From assembly GCA_027313505.1 (NCBI GenBank), contig DAHVDN010000012.1:1267-65266 (forward strand): DNA of 64,000 nucleotides, in the 5' to 3' direction. The DNA comes from Candidatus Dormiibacterota bacterium. Its GTDB lineage: Bacteria > Chloroflexota > Dormibacteria > Aeolococcales > Bog-877. Below are positions 46,322-56,071 of this stretch, one piece after another; position 1 is the stretch's first letter; each line of letters opens with the position of its first letter. The position numbers were made by a program, and so were the translations under genes. The notes beneath the pieces are model-generated. The model saw only the letters and a program-made list of their open reading frames with translations, was not told the origin of the DNA and did no database searches.

Positions 46322-47545
46322 TTGGAAGTCACCGAGCCCGTGGAGGGACCGCTGCGCCGGCCAACAGCTCAGTCACTGCGTCTCCTGGCCGCCCTGGCCA
46401 CAGCCCTCTCCTACCGGATAGAGGAGATCACAGACCGCACCGTGGAGGCGATCTGCGAGCGGGAGGAGGGCTATCGGGAGGGCCGCCTGGTGCCGATGGA
46501 GGAGCTCAGGCGCTCCGTTCGTGACAGCCTGGCAGAGTACCTTGGGGTTCTTACCCGTCTCCCCGGGGGGGAGGAGCCGTCCCGAGACCAGGCATGGGCT
46601 GTCGGGCGCAGCCGGGCCGAGCTCGGAGTTCCGCTGGAAAGTGTCCTGCGGGCCTATCGTCTCGGCGGCAGCGTGATTTGGGATGAACTCTTGGATGAAG
46701 CTCGCCGGAGACCGGAACGGCCCACCGATGATCTCATGGAGGCTGCGGCCCTGGTTTGGCAGATGACCGACGAGCTTTCGGCAGCGGTGGGCGTTGCCTA
46801 CAGGCACTCCGAGGCCGGGCTCATCAGCAGGGATCGCAACCGACGCGACGGCCTCCTGCAGGGGCTGCTGAACGGTGTCGCCACTGAACGCGACCTGGTC
46901 TTCGCTGCCGAAACTCTCGGCCTGCCGGAGCTTGGCCCCTACCTGGTCGCGGTGGTCGAGCCGCCGCCAGGTGGCGACCAGGTCACCCGTCAGCTGGCGG
47001 TTTTCAACATCCCCTCGGCCTGGCTGACGCAGGGGGACCGCCAGATTGGCTTGCTTTCGTCCACCCACGGCGGAAGCGACCTGGTGCAACGTTGTCTCAG
47101 CAGGGTCGTGCCGATCAGGGCTGGAATGAGTCCGGAGGTTGGCTCTCTGGCAGACGTCGGAGGCGCCTACAGGCAAGCAGAGCTGGCCCTGCGGTCAATT
47201 CCGGCTCACCGCCATGCCGTGGTGACCCTCGACGAGCGGCTTTCGGCAGCGCTCCTGGTTTCGTCCCCAGATTTGGCACGCCGCCTGGCGGACAGAGTCC
47301 TGGGCAGGCTGCTGGAGATCGACCGCGGAGAACGCAGGACACTGTTGAGGACTCTGCGGCTGTTTCTGGCCGGCGACGGTTCGGTGGTTCAGGTGGCGCT
47401 GCAGGTGCCCTGTCATCGGAACACAGTGCTCAACCGTCTCAACCGGATCCACGAGCTTACCGGCTTCGACCCCACAACTCCGTCCGGGGTCACCGACCTG
47501 ACAATGGCGCTGGAGGCCGCCGAGCTACTCTCACTTTTCGGCTGA
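46322..47545 (+). CDS. PucR/CdaR family transcriptional regulator
   Basis: GVPLESVLRAYRLG and a C-terminal HTH (LLRTLRLFL...HRNTVLNRLNRIHELTG). Confidence 0.88.
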   Translation: MEVTEPVEGPLRRPTAQSLRLLAALATALSYRIEEITDRTVEAICEREEGYREGRLVPMEELRRSVRDSLAEYLGVLTRLPGGEEPSRDQAWAVGRSRAELGVPLESVLRAYRLGGSVIWDELLDEARRRPERPTDDLMEAAALVWQMTDELSAAVGVAYRHSEAGLISRDRNRRDGLLQGLLNGVATERDLVFAAETLGLPELGPYLVAVVEPPPGGDQVTRQLAVFNIPSAWLTQGDRQIGLLSSTHGGSDLVQRCLSRVVPIRAGMSPEVGSLADVGGAYRQAELALRSIPAHRHAVVTLDERLSAALLVSSPDLARRLADRVLGRLLEIDRGERRTLLRTLRLFLAGDGSVVQVALQVPCHRNTVLNRLNRIHELTGFDPTTPSGVTDLTMALEAAELLSLFG

Positions 47546-47605
47546 ACTGAAGCCAGGACCGAGCCGGATGGGTGGTGGTGGTTGCCCCGCCACTGAAAAG
47601 CTGGG

Positions 47606-48904
47606 CTACGGTCTGGCCGATCCCCTACCCTGAGGTCTGCCGGCAGGATGCCCCCAGGGTCGCTGGGATCGGCCCGCCGGGACGGGTCGGGCTCCTTGAT
47701 GCCGCACCGGACGGTCCGGTCTCAGCCCCTGTCGTTGCCCTCGGCTTCCATGGTCGAGAGAGCCTGCCACGAAGTGCATGTCTCCGGTGGTCAGCAGCCG
47801 CGAAGCGTCCACGAACTGGAGCTCCGGCGCTCCCGACCGGCGGAGCTTGCGCCACTTCTCACCGTCGTCCTCGCAGAGGAAGGTAAGGGCTCTGCCCTTG
47901 GCGCCGTTTCGTGCGGTTCGCCCCACTCGGTGGGTGAGCCATTGGGCGGTGTCCGGTAGCTCGTAGTTCACCACCAGGGTCACGTCTCGCACATCGATGC
48001 CCCTGGCGGCGACGTTGGTGGCCACCAGGACCTGTGACTCCCGGCGCCGGAAGGAGGCGATGGCGCGATCTCGCGCCGCCTGAGACAGGTTCCCCTGCAA
48101 CTCTGCGGTAGCGTGGCCCAGGACAGTCAGGTCGTGGGCCAGCTTCCGGGCGCCGTGCTTGGTGCGATGGAAGACGATCGTAGACGCAGACTGCTTGAGC
48201 AGCTGGCTCAGAAAGTCCACCTTCTGCGCTCTCGGAACCGATACCAGGCCGTGCTCGAGGTCAGATTCCTCATTAGGAGCCACCGCGATCCGTTCCGGGT
48301 CCACCAGGTGCTTGCGGGCCATCTTGGCGACCCACTCCGGCATGGTCGCGGATGCCAGCACCGTTTGCCGCTTGGCGCTGCTGATCCGCTGGTTGGTGCG
48401 ATCGGTAAGGCTCTCGACGTCCTTGGCGAAGCCCGCGTCCAGCATCTCGTCGGCTTCGTCGAGAACCAGGTATTCGATGGCGCCGAGCCTGGCGGCTCCC
48501 CTTTGGGCCATGTCCACCAGCCGTCCGGGACAGCCAATGATCACGTCGGCTGTCCGTAGCTGGTTGGTCTGACCACCATAGCCGACCCCGCCGTAGACCA
48601 AGGCCACTCTGAGCCTCGGATCCAGCTGGTTGAGCACCGCCCCGATCTGGGTTGCGAGTTCGCGGGTCGGGGTGATGATCAAAGCGCGCGGGGCGCCGGT
48701 ACCGTGCCCTCCCAACTTCTCCGATAGGGGAATGAGGAATGCCAGCGTCTTTCCCGAGCCGGTCGGGGATTGGATGACGCAGTCCCGGCCAGCGATCAGG
48801 ATGGGTAAGGCACCCTCCTGCACCGGGGTCGGCGTATTGAGGCGCTGTCGCGCCAGATTCTCAAGGGTGCGCGCACGCACACCCAACTCAGCAAATGTTG
48901 TCAA
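47606..48904 (-). CDS. DEAD-box RNA helicase
   Basis: Q motif TPVQ, SPTGSGKT, PTRELA, PGRL, DEAD, SAT, ARGID, HRVGRTAR; Arg/Gly-rich tail. Confidence 0.96.
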   Translation of the reverse strand: MTTFAELGVRARTLENLARQRLNTPTPVQEGALPILIAGRDCVIQSPTGSGKTLAFLIPLSEKLGGHGTGAPRALIITPTRELATQIGAVLNQLDPRLRVALVYGGVGYGGQTNQLRTADVIIGCPGRLVDMAQRGAARLGAIEYLVLDEADEMLDAGFAKDVESLTDRTNQRISSAKRQTVLASATMPEWVAKMARKHLVDPERIAVAPNEESDLEHGLVSVPRAQKVDFLSQLLKQSASTIVFHRTKHGARKLAHDLTVLGHATAELQGNLSQAARDRAIASFRRRESQVLVATNVAARGIDVRDVTLVVNYELPDTAQWLTHRVGRTARNGAKGRALTFLCEDDGEKWRKLRRSGAPELQFVDASRLLTTGDMHFVAGSLDHGSRGQRQGLRPDRPVRHQGARPVPAGRSQRPWGHPAGRPQGRGSARP

Positions 48905-49099
48905 CTTGGTGTCCCCGGGCAAACAGCCCAAAATCGCCCTCGCCGGCTTCGAAATTCATGCTTCTCGAGGACGCCGCCGAATCAGCGGGGCGAGGTATCA
49001 CCAAGAGGCTGTAGCAGCCTTATTGCAACTACGGGAACCAGAATAGCATCTAAGGGGGAAGGACGTTGCCGGGTGCGGTGGGCAGCTGCCCTCCATGGG

Positions 49100-49981
49100 T
49101 CACCATGCCCGGACCTCTGCAGAAGTAGCCCCACGCGCGACAGTGGACAGGCGCATTGCGACGGCCAGCCCGATGAGCTCCAAGCTTAGAGCGGCAGCTC
49201 CGCGTAAACCTACAGCCTCACCATGGCCTATCAGAAGGCCCGGACTGAAGAGTTCAGCCTTGGCGAAGGGGAGGCCCACTACGACGTTGTAGGCGTAAAA
49301 GAAGATCAATGCGGCATTGGTCACAATCGCGGCCTGGAGATACCCTTGACGAGGGCGAGCGATCATGAGCACAGCGAGGCTCGCTTGAATAATGCCGAAG
49401 GCCGCGGTACCTAGACCGAGAAGCAAAGTCTGGCCGAGGTGCTCTCCGATGATCGCGAAGTGAATCCAGGCCGCGCTGCCGAGACTGCCGGCCAGCGCCA
49501 GGCGAGGCCAGGTCCCCGCTGGCAGACGTGAAGCTCCAGGCTTGAGGGTTAGCATGCCAGCAGCGAGCAGCAATCCGCCGGTCGCGGCCACGAAGGATCC
49601 GGGGCCAACCTGAGGCATTGCCAGAGGCCGCAGGACCCCCGGCGCCATGGAAAAGTGCACTATGCGCCAAGCGTCGAACAGCCCCACCGTAGTGACGACG
49701 AGCGCGAGGAACAGGGCTAGGCGACGCAGAGGCGCTGGTCGTCCGGTCCTGAGGAAGAGGGCAATCAGAAGTAGTGCCGCAGTCCCGATACCTAACAGGT
49801 AGAAGCCATCGGCGCCCATGCCGTTGACGCTCGATAGCCCGTTGAACAACGTCACCCAAGGGAGTAGCACCCCGGCCACCGTGGTGATCGCGCCTAGCAC
49901 GACGGCAAAGAGTCCCAAGGCATCTCTTGGGGCTGTCGGTGACGCTGTGCATCCGTTGACGCTTGAGTTGAGTTCGACCAT
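49100..49981 (-). CDS. Hypothetical multi-pass membrane protein with a His-containing C-terminal domain
   Basis: About 8 hydrophobic helices; AAWIHFAIIGEH motif; GGAGG SD before ATG 49981. Confidence 0.7.
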   Translation of the reverse strand: MVELNSSVNGCTASPTAPRDALGLFAVVLGAITTVAGVLLPWVTLFNGLSSVNGMGADGFYLLGIGTAALLLIALFLRTGRPAPLRRLALFLALVVTTVGLFDAWRIVHFSMAPGVLRPLAMPQVGPGSFVAATGGLLLAAGMLTLKPGASRLPAGTWPRLALAGSLGSAAWIHFAIIGEHLGQTLLLGLGTAAFGIIQASLAVLMIARPRQGYLQAAIVTNAALIFFYAYNVVVGLPFAKAELFSPGLLIGHGEAVGLRGAAALSLELIGLAVAMRLSTVARGATSAEVRAW

Positions 49982-50031
49982 TCGTGAGCCCTCCATGCCA
50001 AATTTCAGCAACACACCGCACAGGAACCCGG

Positions 50032-50060
50032 TGAGGCGGCCGTTCGAGACGGCCGCCTCA
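50032..50060. terminator. 12-bp perfect hairpin between the secreted-protein and membrane-protein genes
   Basis: TGAGGCGGCCGT-tcgag-ACGGCCGCCTCA with no U-tract. Confidence 0.5.
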
Positions 50061-50077
50061 TTGGTCCCTAGCGGAAG

Positions 50078-50728
50078 TCAGTGCCCGACCACGTTGAAGA
50101 AGAGGAAGAGGTTCGACTGGATCGAAGCGGAGACGGTACCTGCCGACTGCATTGCGTGCAAGGTGACCAAGCTCGCCCCACCGGTCAGCTGAGCCCACGC
50201 CTGCTCATTGGGCACCGCGACTACTTCAATCTTCCACCATCCACCACCAGTACCGTCGAGAATGTGACTGTGGGCTGGCAGGGAAATGTCCCCGTATCCA
50301 GCCCCGAAGACGGGGGACAGGTCGAGGGTGGTCGGGTGGTTCACGCAGAAGCCCACGGTGTCGCACTGGGGCGTCGGGCTGGGGTTGCTGAACAGAGGAA
50401 CGATGACGTAGAGGACCTGCATGTTAGCTATGCTCTGCCCGTTAGGTCCCTGGGTTGCGGCGACTCCAACCTCGCAACCGCTGCTCGATGCCGCAATGTA
50501 GCTCCCGCTCTGTCCGCAGAAGAAGTCGCGCGGGTACTGTATTTGAACGGTGGTCCCATTGACATAGGCTGCCGTTGTCGCCTGGGACACCGGCACCGTT
50601 GTCGAGGGGCCACCGCCGGCGGCGAGGGCTGTACCGCCGACGAATAGAGCCGACAGTCCGAAGGTTGCGATTGCGAGCGCCGCTCCCAGCACTCTTGGTC
50701 TCTGCTGGAACGCCTGGTAGATGCGCAT
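50078..50728 (-). CDS. Hypothetical secreted protein with Cys/His motifs
   Basis: Signal peptide ending in ALA; FFCGQ..GCEVG, QCDTVGFCVNHP, LPAHSH, GWW; GGGAGG SD. Confidence 0.75.
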   Translation of the reverse strand: MRIYQAFQQRPRVLGAALAIATFGLSALFVGGTALAAGGGPSTTVPVSQATTAAYVNGTTVQIQYPRDFFCGQSGSYIAASSSGCEVGVAATQGPNGQSIANMQVLYVIVPLFSNPSPTPQCDTVGFCVNHPTTLDLSPVFGAGYGDISLPAHSHILDGTGGGWWKIEVVAVPNEQAWAQLTGGASLVTLHAMQSAGTVSASIQSNLFLFFNVVGH

Positions 50729-51009
50729 GGGCTTTTGGCCCTCCCTGGTATGTCGGTGCGGCCCCGCGCTCTGGCACCGACCTTTTGAGCTCCCATTTGG
50801 GGCGTGGTACTTGGAATACGAGCGGACTCCCTCGTCGGATCACTGGAGTCCGGGCCGTCACGTACCCGTTGGCATTTATGAGCGCCGGTCGCTGGGCCGG
50901 GTTCCGGCCCTTACCGACCCTTACCGACCTTGGGCGACGGCGATTGCCTGAGCCCCCGAGCCCGCACGGCGGGCATCCCGATCGGGGAGTACAGGCAGCC
51001 GAGGCGCCT

Positions 51010-51199
51010 TAGTCCTCTGTCCTAGACGCCCACTGAATGAGGCCGGCCTGAATGAGTTCTTGTTGCCCGGGAAACCACCAAGACCCAACTCCCGGTGGCA
51101 CCACCCCGTCTTGCAAGTCGTCGTCCGGGTGAGCTGCTTCCACTAGGGGATGCGGCCGTCCGGTCCAGCATCGCGCGCACCTCGGCCCGCCTGGAAGAG
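51010..51199 (-). ncRNA. Candidate structured non-coding element (IS110 non-coding-end-like), no transposase
   Basis: Several nested stems and no credible ORF; motif order recalled from IS110 left ends (unverified). Confidence 0.35.
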
Positions 51200-51233
51200 G
51201 GCTCCGAGTAAGTTGGGCTCGCTGCTCGGAGCC
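51200..51233 (-). terminator. Hairpin downstream of leuD, probable operon terminator
   Basis: GGCTCCGAG...CTCGGAGCC stem 3 nt after the leuD stop. Confidence 0.55.
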
Positions 51234-51236
51234 GCT

Positions 51237-51872
51237 TCAGCGAACCTCAGGTGTGGGACCAAATGAAGAGGTCACTGGGAATAGGGGAGACCGACGCTGT
51301 TCGTGGGCAGTTATATCCGCTGATCTCTTCATGGCGGTCGCGATCGGGTCTAGACCATCTAGCAGGCACTCCCGCCAGAACTCCTCGATCTCAAAACCCG
51401 CGATCCTTCCGCTTTCATCGCGCACCTCAGCAGCCTGCAGGTCGATGGTGAGTTCGTAGCCATCCCCTTGGCGGGTCCGGTCTCCGAGGCGGCTCACCAC
51501 GGACGCCGGGAGGGTGACCGGCAGGAGGCCGTTTTGGTAGGCGTTGGTGGCAAATATGTCAGCGAACGATGGAGCGATTACCGCCCTGAACCCATAGCCC
51601 AGCAGCGCCCAGGCGGCATGTTCGCGGGATGAGCCGCAGCCGAAATTCTGCCCGGTGATGAGGATGCTCGCCTCCCTGTAGGCGCTGGCGTTGAGCTCGA
51701 AGTCGCCCCGGGGCGCCCCGGCTTCGTCGTAGCGCCAGGCGAAGAAGCAGGAGTCTCCGTAGCCGTCCCGCTCGGTGCGCTTCAGGAACTGCTTGGGGAT
51801 GATCTGGTCGGTGTCGACATCGTCCCGGCTGAGCGTGGCGCAGAGGCCGTGGTGGAGTTTGAATGCTTCCAA
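51237..51872 (-). CDS. leuD: 3-isopropylmalate dehydratase small subunit
   Basis: DVDTDQIIPKQFL, NFGCGSSREHA, SFADIF. Confidence 0.97.
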   Translation of the reverse strand: MEAFKLHHGLCATLSRDDVDTDQIIPKQFLKRTERDGYGDSCFFAWRYDEAGAPRGDFELNASAYREASILITGQNFGCGSSREHAAWALLGYGFRAVIAPSFADIFATNAYQNGLLPVTLPASVVSRLGDRTRQGDGYELTIDLQAAEVRDESGRIAGFEIEEFWRECLLDGLDPIATAMKRSADITAHEQRRSPLFPVTSSFGPTPEVR

Positions 51873-51885
51873 GGGGGTCTCCGAA

Positions 51886-53340
51886 TCAGCTTGCTGTGGC
51901 GGAGGCGAGCTGCCTCACGTCGACAAAGTGGCCGTGCAGCGCAGCCGCCGCGGCCATCGCTGGACTCACCAGGTGGGTCCGCCCTCCCGCGCCTTGTCGG
52001 CCCTCGAAGTTGCGGTTGGAGGTGGATGCGCAACGCTCTCCAGGAAGGAGGATGTCCGGGTTCATGCCCAGGCACATGGAGCACCCTGCCTCCAGCCACT
52101 CGAATCCGGCGTCCCGGAACACTCGATCCAGCCCCTCAGCCTCCGCCGCCCGCTTGACGGCCCCCGACCCCGGCACCACCATCGCGCGCACCCCGGAGTG
52201 GACCCGGTTGCCGGCGGCGATGGCGGCCGCCGCCCGAAGGTCCTCCAATCTACTGTTGGTACAGGAGCCGATGAACACCCGATCGATGCTTATGTCCTCG
52301 ATCGCGGTCCCCTCTGACAGCCCCATGTAATCCAGAGCCCGCGCGGTTGCGTCCCTCGTGGGTTGATCAGGACATTCGTCGAGGTGGGGGACCCTGCCGG
52401 TGATCGCCGCTACCATGGCGGGGTTGGTTCCCCAGGTCACGAACGGTGCCAGCTCCGCTGCTTGAATAGACTCTCTACGATCGAAGGTGGCCCCGGGATC
52501 AGTGGCGAAGCCGAGCCAGCGCTCCGCGGCCCTGTCGAACTCAGGGCCCGTCGGCACCGCTGGCCGGCCCTCCAAATACCGAACCGTTGTCTCATCAGGG
52601 GAGATCATCCCTGCCCGGGCCCCTGCTTCGATCGTCATGTTGCACAAGGTCATTCGTCCTTCCATGGAGAGATTCCTGACCACGCTCCCCGTGTACTCCA
52701 CGATTGACCCTCGTCCGCCTGCCACGCCCAGCCGGCCGATCACACCCAGCGCCACATCCTTGGCAGTGACCCCCTTGGGCAGTTCTCCGTCGATGGCGAC
52801 CTCCATGGTGGGAGAGGGGGCCTGCCATAGGCACTGGGTGGCCAGAACTTGCTCCACCTCAGAGGTTCCGATACCGAAGGCCAGCGCCCCGAACGCGCCA
52901 TGGGTTGCGGTGTGAGAGTCCCCACAGACGACCGTCATCCCAGGCTGGGTCAGCCCCAGTTCCGGACCGATCACATGGACTATCCCCTGGCGGGCATGGT
53001 GGAGGTCGAAGAGCGGGACTCCGGCGGCCGCACAGTTCTCGCTGAGCTGGCGCAGCTGCTCGAGACCGATGGGATCCGGTGTCGGCCTGCTTCGTTCCCA
53101 GGTGGGTACCAGGTGGTCCATGACCGCCATGGTCAGGTCCGGCCTGCGGACCTGACGACCGGTGGCGCGCAACCCGGCGAAGGCCTGAGGCGAGGTGACC
53201 TCGTGCACCAGGTGTAGGTCCACGTACAAGAGGATTCGCTCCGATGGATTGCCGCTGACTAGGTGAGAGTTCCAGATCTTCTGATACGCGGTGCGGGGAG
53301 CCTCACCTGCCGCCGCTGATGACGTCGTTTGAAACGCGAT
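51886..53340 (-). CDS. leuC: 3-isopropylmalate dehydratase large subunit (apparent non-canonical start)
   Basis: [44 protein letters not shown]. Start placed at ATC 53340 behind AAGGAGG. Confidence 0.95.
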   Translation of the reverse strand: MAFQTTSSAAAGEAPRTAYQKIWNSHLVSGNPSERILLYVDLHLVHEVTSPQAFAGLRATGRQVRRPDLTMAVMDHLVPTWERSRPTPDPIGLEQLRQLSENCAAAGVPLFDLHHARQGIVHVIGPELGLTQPGMTVVCGDSHTATHGAFGALAFGIGTSEVEQVLATQCLWQAPSPTMEVAIDGELPKGVTAKDVALGVIGRLGVAGGRGSIVEYTGSVVRNLSMEGRMTLCNMTIEAGARAGMISPDETTVRYLEGRPAVPTGPEFDRAAERWLGFATDPGATFDRRESIQAAELAPFVTWGTNPAMVAAITGRVPHLDECPDQPTRDATARALDYMGLSEGTAIEDISIDRVFIGSCTNSRLEDLRAAAAIAAGNRVHSGVRAMVVPGSGAVKRAAEAEGLDRVFRDAGFEWLEAGCSMCLGMNPDILLPGERCASTSNRNFEGRQGAGGRTHLVSPAMAAAAALHGHFVDVRQLASATAS

Positions 53341-53357
53341 GGCCTCGTCCTCCTTGC

Positions 53358-54989
53358 TCAGGCGCTTGTGGAAAGCTGATTCGGTGCCGCGGCATGGCGG
53401 GTCGCCCACTCGTAGCTGTCGACCAGTGCCATCGCCGATGCCCGCAGGATGTTGCTGGAGCAGCCGACGGTAGTCCACGTGCGATCCCCGTCACTGGAGT
53501 CGATTCCCACCCGAACCGTGGCGGCTGTGCCTCGGTCCCCATCGATCACCCGGACCCTGTAGTCCACGAGGCTCACCTCAGAGAGAAAGGGGAAGTGCGG
53601 GACCAGGGCACGACGAATGGCGCCGTCCAGAGCCTCCACCGGGCCAGTTCCCTCGGCGGCGGTGTGCACCAGCACTCCCGTAACCCTCACCTTGACGCTG
53701 GCCTGGACCCCCGTCACCGTCTCTGGAGCGTCACCAAGCTGCTCGTGGGCGACCACCAGCGTCTCACACAGTTCGAAGGGGGGGACATCCTCAGGCAGGC
53801 TTCGAGCGACCAGGAGCTCGAACGAGGCGTCCGCGTCCTCGAACGCCCAACCGGCGACCTCCAGCCTCTTGAGCTGTTCGACCACCGCTTGCCCCGCATC
53901 TCGGTCGAGCTGGTCCAGCCCTAGGTCTTTGAGCTTGGCCGCAATGTTGCTCCGCCCACTCTGGTCGGAAACCACCGTCCGCATCCGGTTCCCAACCACC
54001 TCCGGTTCAATGTGCTGGTATGCCCTCGAGTCCCGGGAGACTCCCTGGGCGTGAAGTCCGGCCTTATGCAGGAAGGCGGCAGATCCCAGGTACGGTCGCT
54101 GGGGATCCGGTGGCCGATTCAGCAGCGAGTCGAACAGTTGAGACACGGACACCAGGTCACCAAGCTGCTCGGGAGTGAGCACGTCCATACCCATCTTGAG
54201 TTGCAGGTTCGCCGCCACTATGAGCAGATCGGCATTGCCGCATCGTTCTCCGGTGCCGTTCAGGGTTCCCTGGACCATCCGCGCGCCGGCGCGGACCGCT
54301 GCCAGTGAAGCCGCAGTGGCTGTGCCGGTGTCGTTATGGCAGTGGATTCCGACGCAATCACCCACCAACTCCCGAACCATGGCGGTGGCGCGCGCTATCT
54401 CCTCAGGCAGCCGCCCACCGTTGGTGTCACAAAGGACGATCCATTCCGCGCCGGCCCTTCGAGCGGTCTCCAACACCTTCAGCGAGTATTCCGGGTCGGC
54501 GGCGTGACCATCGAAAAAGTGCTCGGCGTCGAAGACCACCTCGCGGCCCTCTCCCGCCGAGGCCTCGATTGAGTCAGCCACCATCCGAAGATTCTCCAAA
54601 GCGGTGGTTCTGAGGACGGTCTCAACCTGCCACCTGGAGGTCTTGCCGACCAGCGTTACCACCGGAGTTCCCGCCTCCAGGGTGGCCGTCAAAACCGGGT
54701 CGTCGCGAGCGTCCGAATTAGCACGGCAGGTGGCGCCAAAGGCCGCCAGCCGCGAGTGCTTCAGGGGACGGAGCTGCAGCGCCTCGAAGACCCCGGTGTC
54801 TCGGGGGTTCGCTCCCGGCCACCCGGCCTCAATGTAAGGGATACCCAGCAGGTCGACCCGACGGGCTATGCGCAGCTTCTGCTCAATGCTGAGCTGCATA
54901 CCAAACCCCTGCATCCCGTCACGCAGGGTGGTGTCGTAGAGCACGACGCCGTCCCCGTTAGCCTTCCTGGAGGCAGGGGATGCGCTCAT
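53358..54989 (-). CDS. cimA: Citramalate synthase
   Basis: [43 protein letters not shown]; C-terminal regulatory domain present (GTGPVEALD). Confidence 0.88.
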   Translation of the reverse strand: MSASPASRKANGDGVVLYDTTLRDGMQGFGMQLSIEQKLRIARRVDLLGIPYIEAGWPGANPRDTGVFEALQLRPLKHSRLAAFGATCRANSDARDDPVLTATLEAGTPVVTLVGKTSRWQVETVLRTTALENLRMVADSIEASAGEGREVVFDAEHFFDGHAADPEYSLKVLETARRAGAEWIVLCDTNGGRLPEEIARATAMVRELVGDCVGIHCHNDTGTATAASLAAVRAGARMVQGTLNGTGERCGNADLLIVAANLQLKMGMDVLTPEQLGDLVSVSQLFDSLLNRPPDPQRPYLGSAAFLHKAGLHAQGVSRDSRAYQHIEPEVVGNRMRTVVSDQSGRSNIAAKLKDLGLDQLDRDAGQAVVEQLKRLEVAGWAFEDADASFELLVARSLPEDVPPFELCETLVVAHEQLGDAPETVTGVQASVKVRVTGVLVHTAAEGTGPVEALDGAIRRALVPHFPFLSEVSLVDYRVRVIDGDRGTAATVRVGIDSSDGDRTWTTVGCSSNILRASAMALVDSYEWATRHAAAPNQLSTSA

Positions 54990-56071
54990 GCCGTCACCAG
55001 GGTGGAGAGCTTCTCGATGACCGCTGAGGTCACCTCTCCGGTGCCGGCGGACCCTCCCATGTCGGGGGTGAGCGGTCCGTCAGCGATCACCGCCCCGACT
55101 GCTCCCTCCACCGCCGCCGCGAGATCTTCGCGGAGCAGGGTAAGGCGCAGCAACATGGCAATTGTCGAGATCGCACCCAAAGGGTTGGCAATGCCTTGGC
55201 CCGCGATGTCGGGAGCCGATCCATGCACCGGCTCATAGAGCCAGGGGCCGGCCCCGCCCCCGCTGGCGGACGGGAGCACGCCCAAAGTTCCGACCAGGGC
55301 CGCTGCCTCGTCGGTCAAAATGTCCCCCATCAGGTTCTCAGTGACGACCACATCAAACTGACGAGGTTCGAGCAGCAGCCGCAGCGCGAAGCTGTCGACC
55401 AGGCAGTGGTCAAGTTTCACATCGGTGTACTCGCGTCCCACTTCCGTCAGCACCTCTCGCCAGAGGCCGGAGGTGGCCAGGACGTTCGCCTTATCGACCG
55501 AGCTCAGGTGATGTCCCCTCTGCCGCGCCAACCTGAATGCCACATGGGCCACCCGTTGGATCTCCGCCTCTCCGTACTCGATGGTATCCACCCCTCGTCG
55601 GTTGGGCGCCATTCCACCCACCCCGCGGGGTCGACCGAAGTACGCTCCCCCGGTCAGCTCCCTGACAAATAGGATGTCGGTATCTCGGAGCCGTTCATCG
55701 CGGAGCGGACTGTGGCGCTCGCCACCACGCCAGACCTTCACCGGCCGCAGGTTGGCGAATACCCCAAGGGCGCTTCGGAGACGCAGCAGCCCAGCCTCGG
55801 GGCGCACTTCGGAAAGGTCCCAGCGCGGCCCTCCCACAGCTCCCAAGAGCACGGCGTCAGCCGTCATGGCAGCATCCAAACTCGACCGGGGCAGGGGGTC
55901 CCCCTCGATATCCAGAGCCAGACCGCCGATGGGGTGCTCGGCAACTTCCAGCCCAACCGGGGACTGTCGGAGCACCGCAGTCAGGACCAGAAGTGCTGCG
56001 GAGGTTACCTCCGGACCCACGCCATCTCCCGGCAGAGTGACCAACCTCAAGGTTTCGGTGGTAGTGGTCAA
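54986..56071 (-). CDS. leuB: 3-isopropylmalate dehydrogenase
   Basis: PGDGVGPEV, RPEAGLLRLR, RELTGGAYFG, VDKANV, GDILTDEA, EPVHGSAPDIAG. Confidence 0.97.
   Translation of the reverse strand: MTTTTETLRLVTLPGDGVGPEVTSAALLVLTAVLRQSPVGLEVAEHPIGGLALDIEGDPLPRSSLDAAMTADAVLLGAVGGPRWDLSEVRPEAGLLRLRSALGVFANLRPVKVWRGGERHSPLRDERLRDTDILFVRELTGGAYFGRPRGVGGMAPNRRGVDTIEYGEAEIQRVAHVAFRLARQRGHHLSSVDKANVLATSGLWREVLTEVGREYTDVKLDHCLVDSFALRLLLEPRQFDVVVTENLMGDILTDEAAALVGTLGVLPSASGGGAGPWLYEPVHGSAPDIAGQGIANPLGAISTIAMLLRLTLLREDLAAAVEGAVGAVIADGPLTPDMGGSAGTGEVTSAVIEKLSTLVTA

Noticed and set aside
51130-51175. Resemblance to SRP RNA (GGAAGCAGC) or a ykkC/guanidine-I riboswitch (CTAGGG...GTCCGGTCC)
   Set aside because: The SRP CAGG-GNRA loop context and the ykkC 3' signature are missing, and no plus-strand gene lies downstream.
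53361-53478. ORF-track N-terminal extension of leuC overlapping cimA by about 120 bp
   Set aside because: The extension is non-homologous and lies inside cimA; the strong SD is downstream of it.
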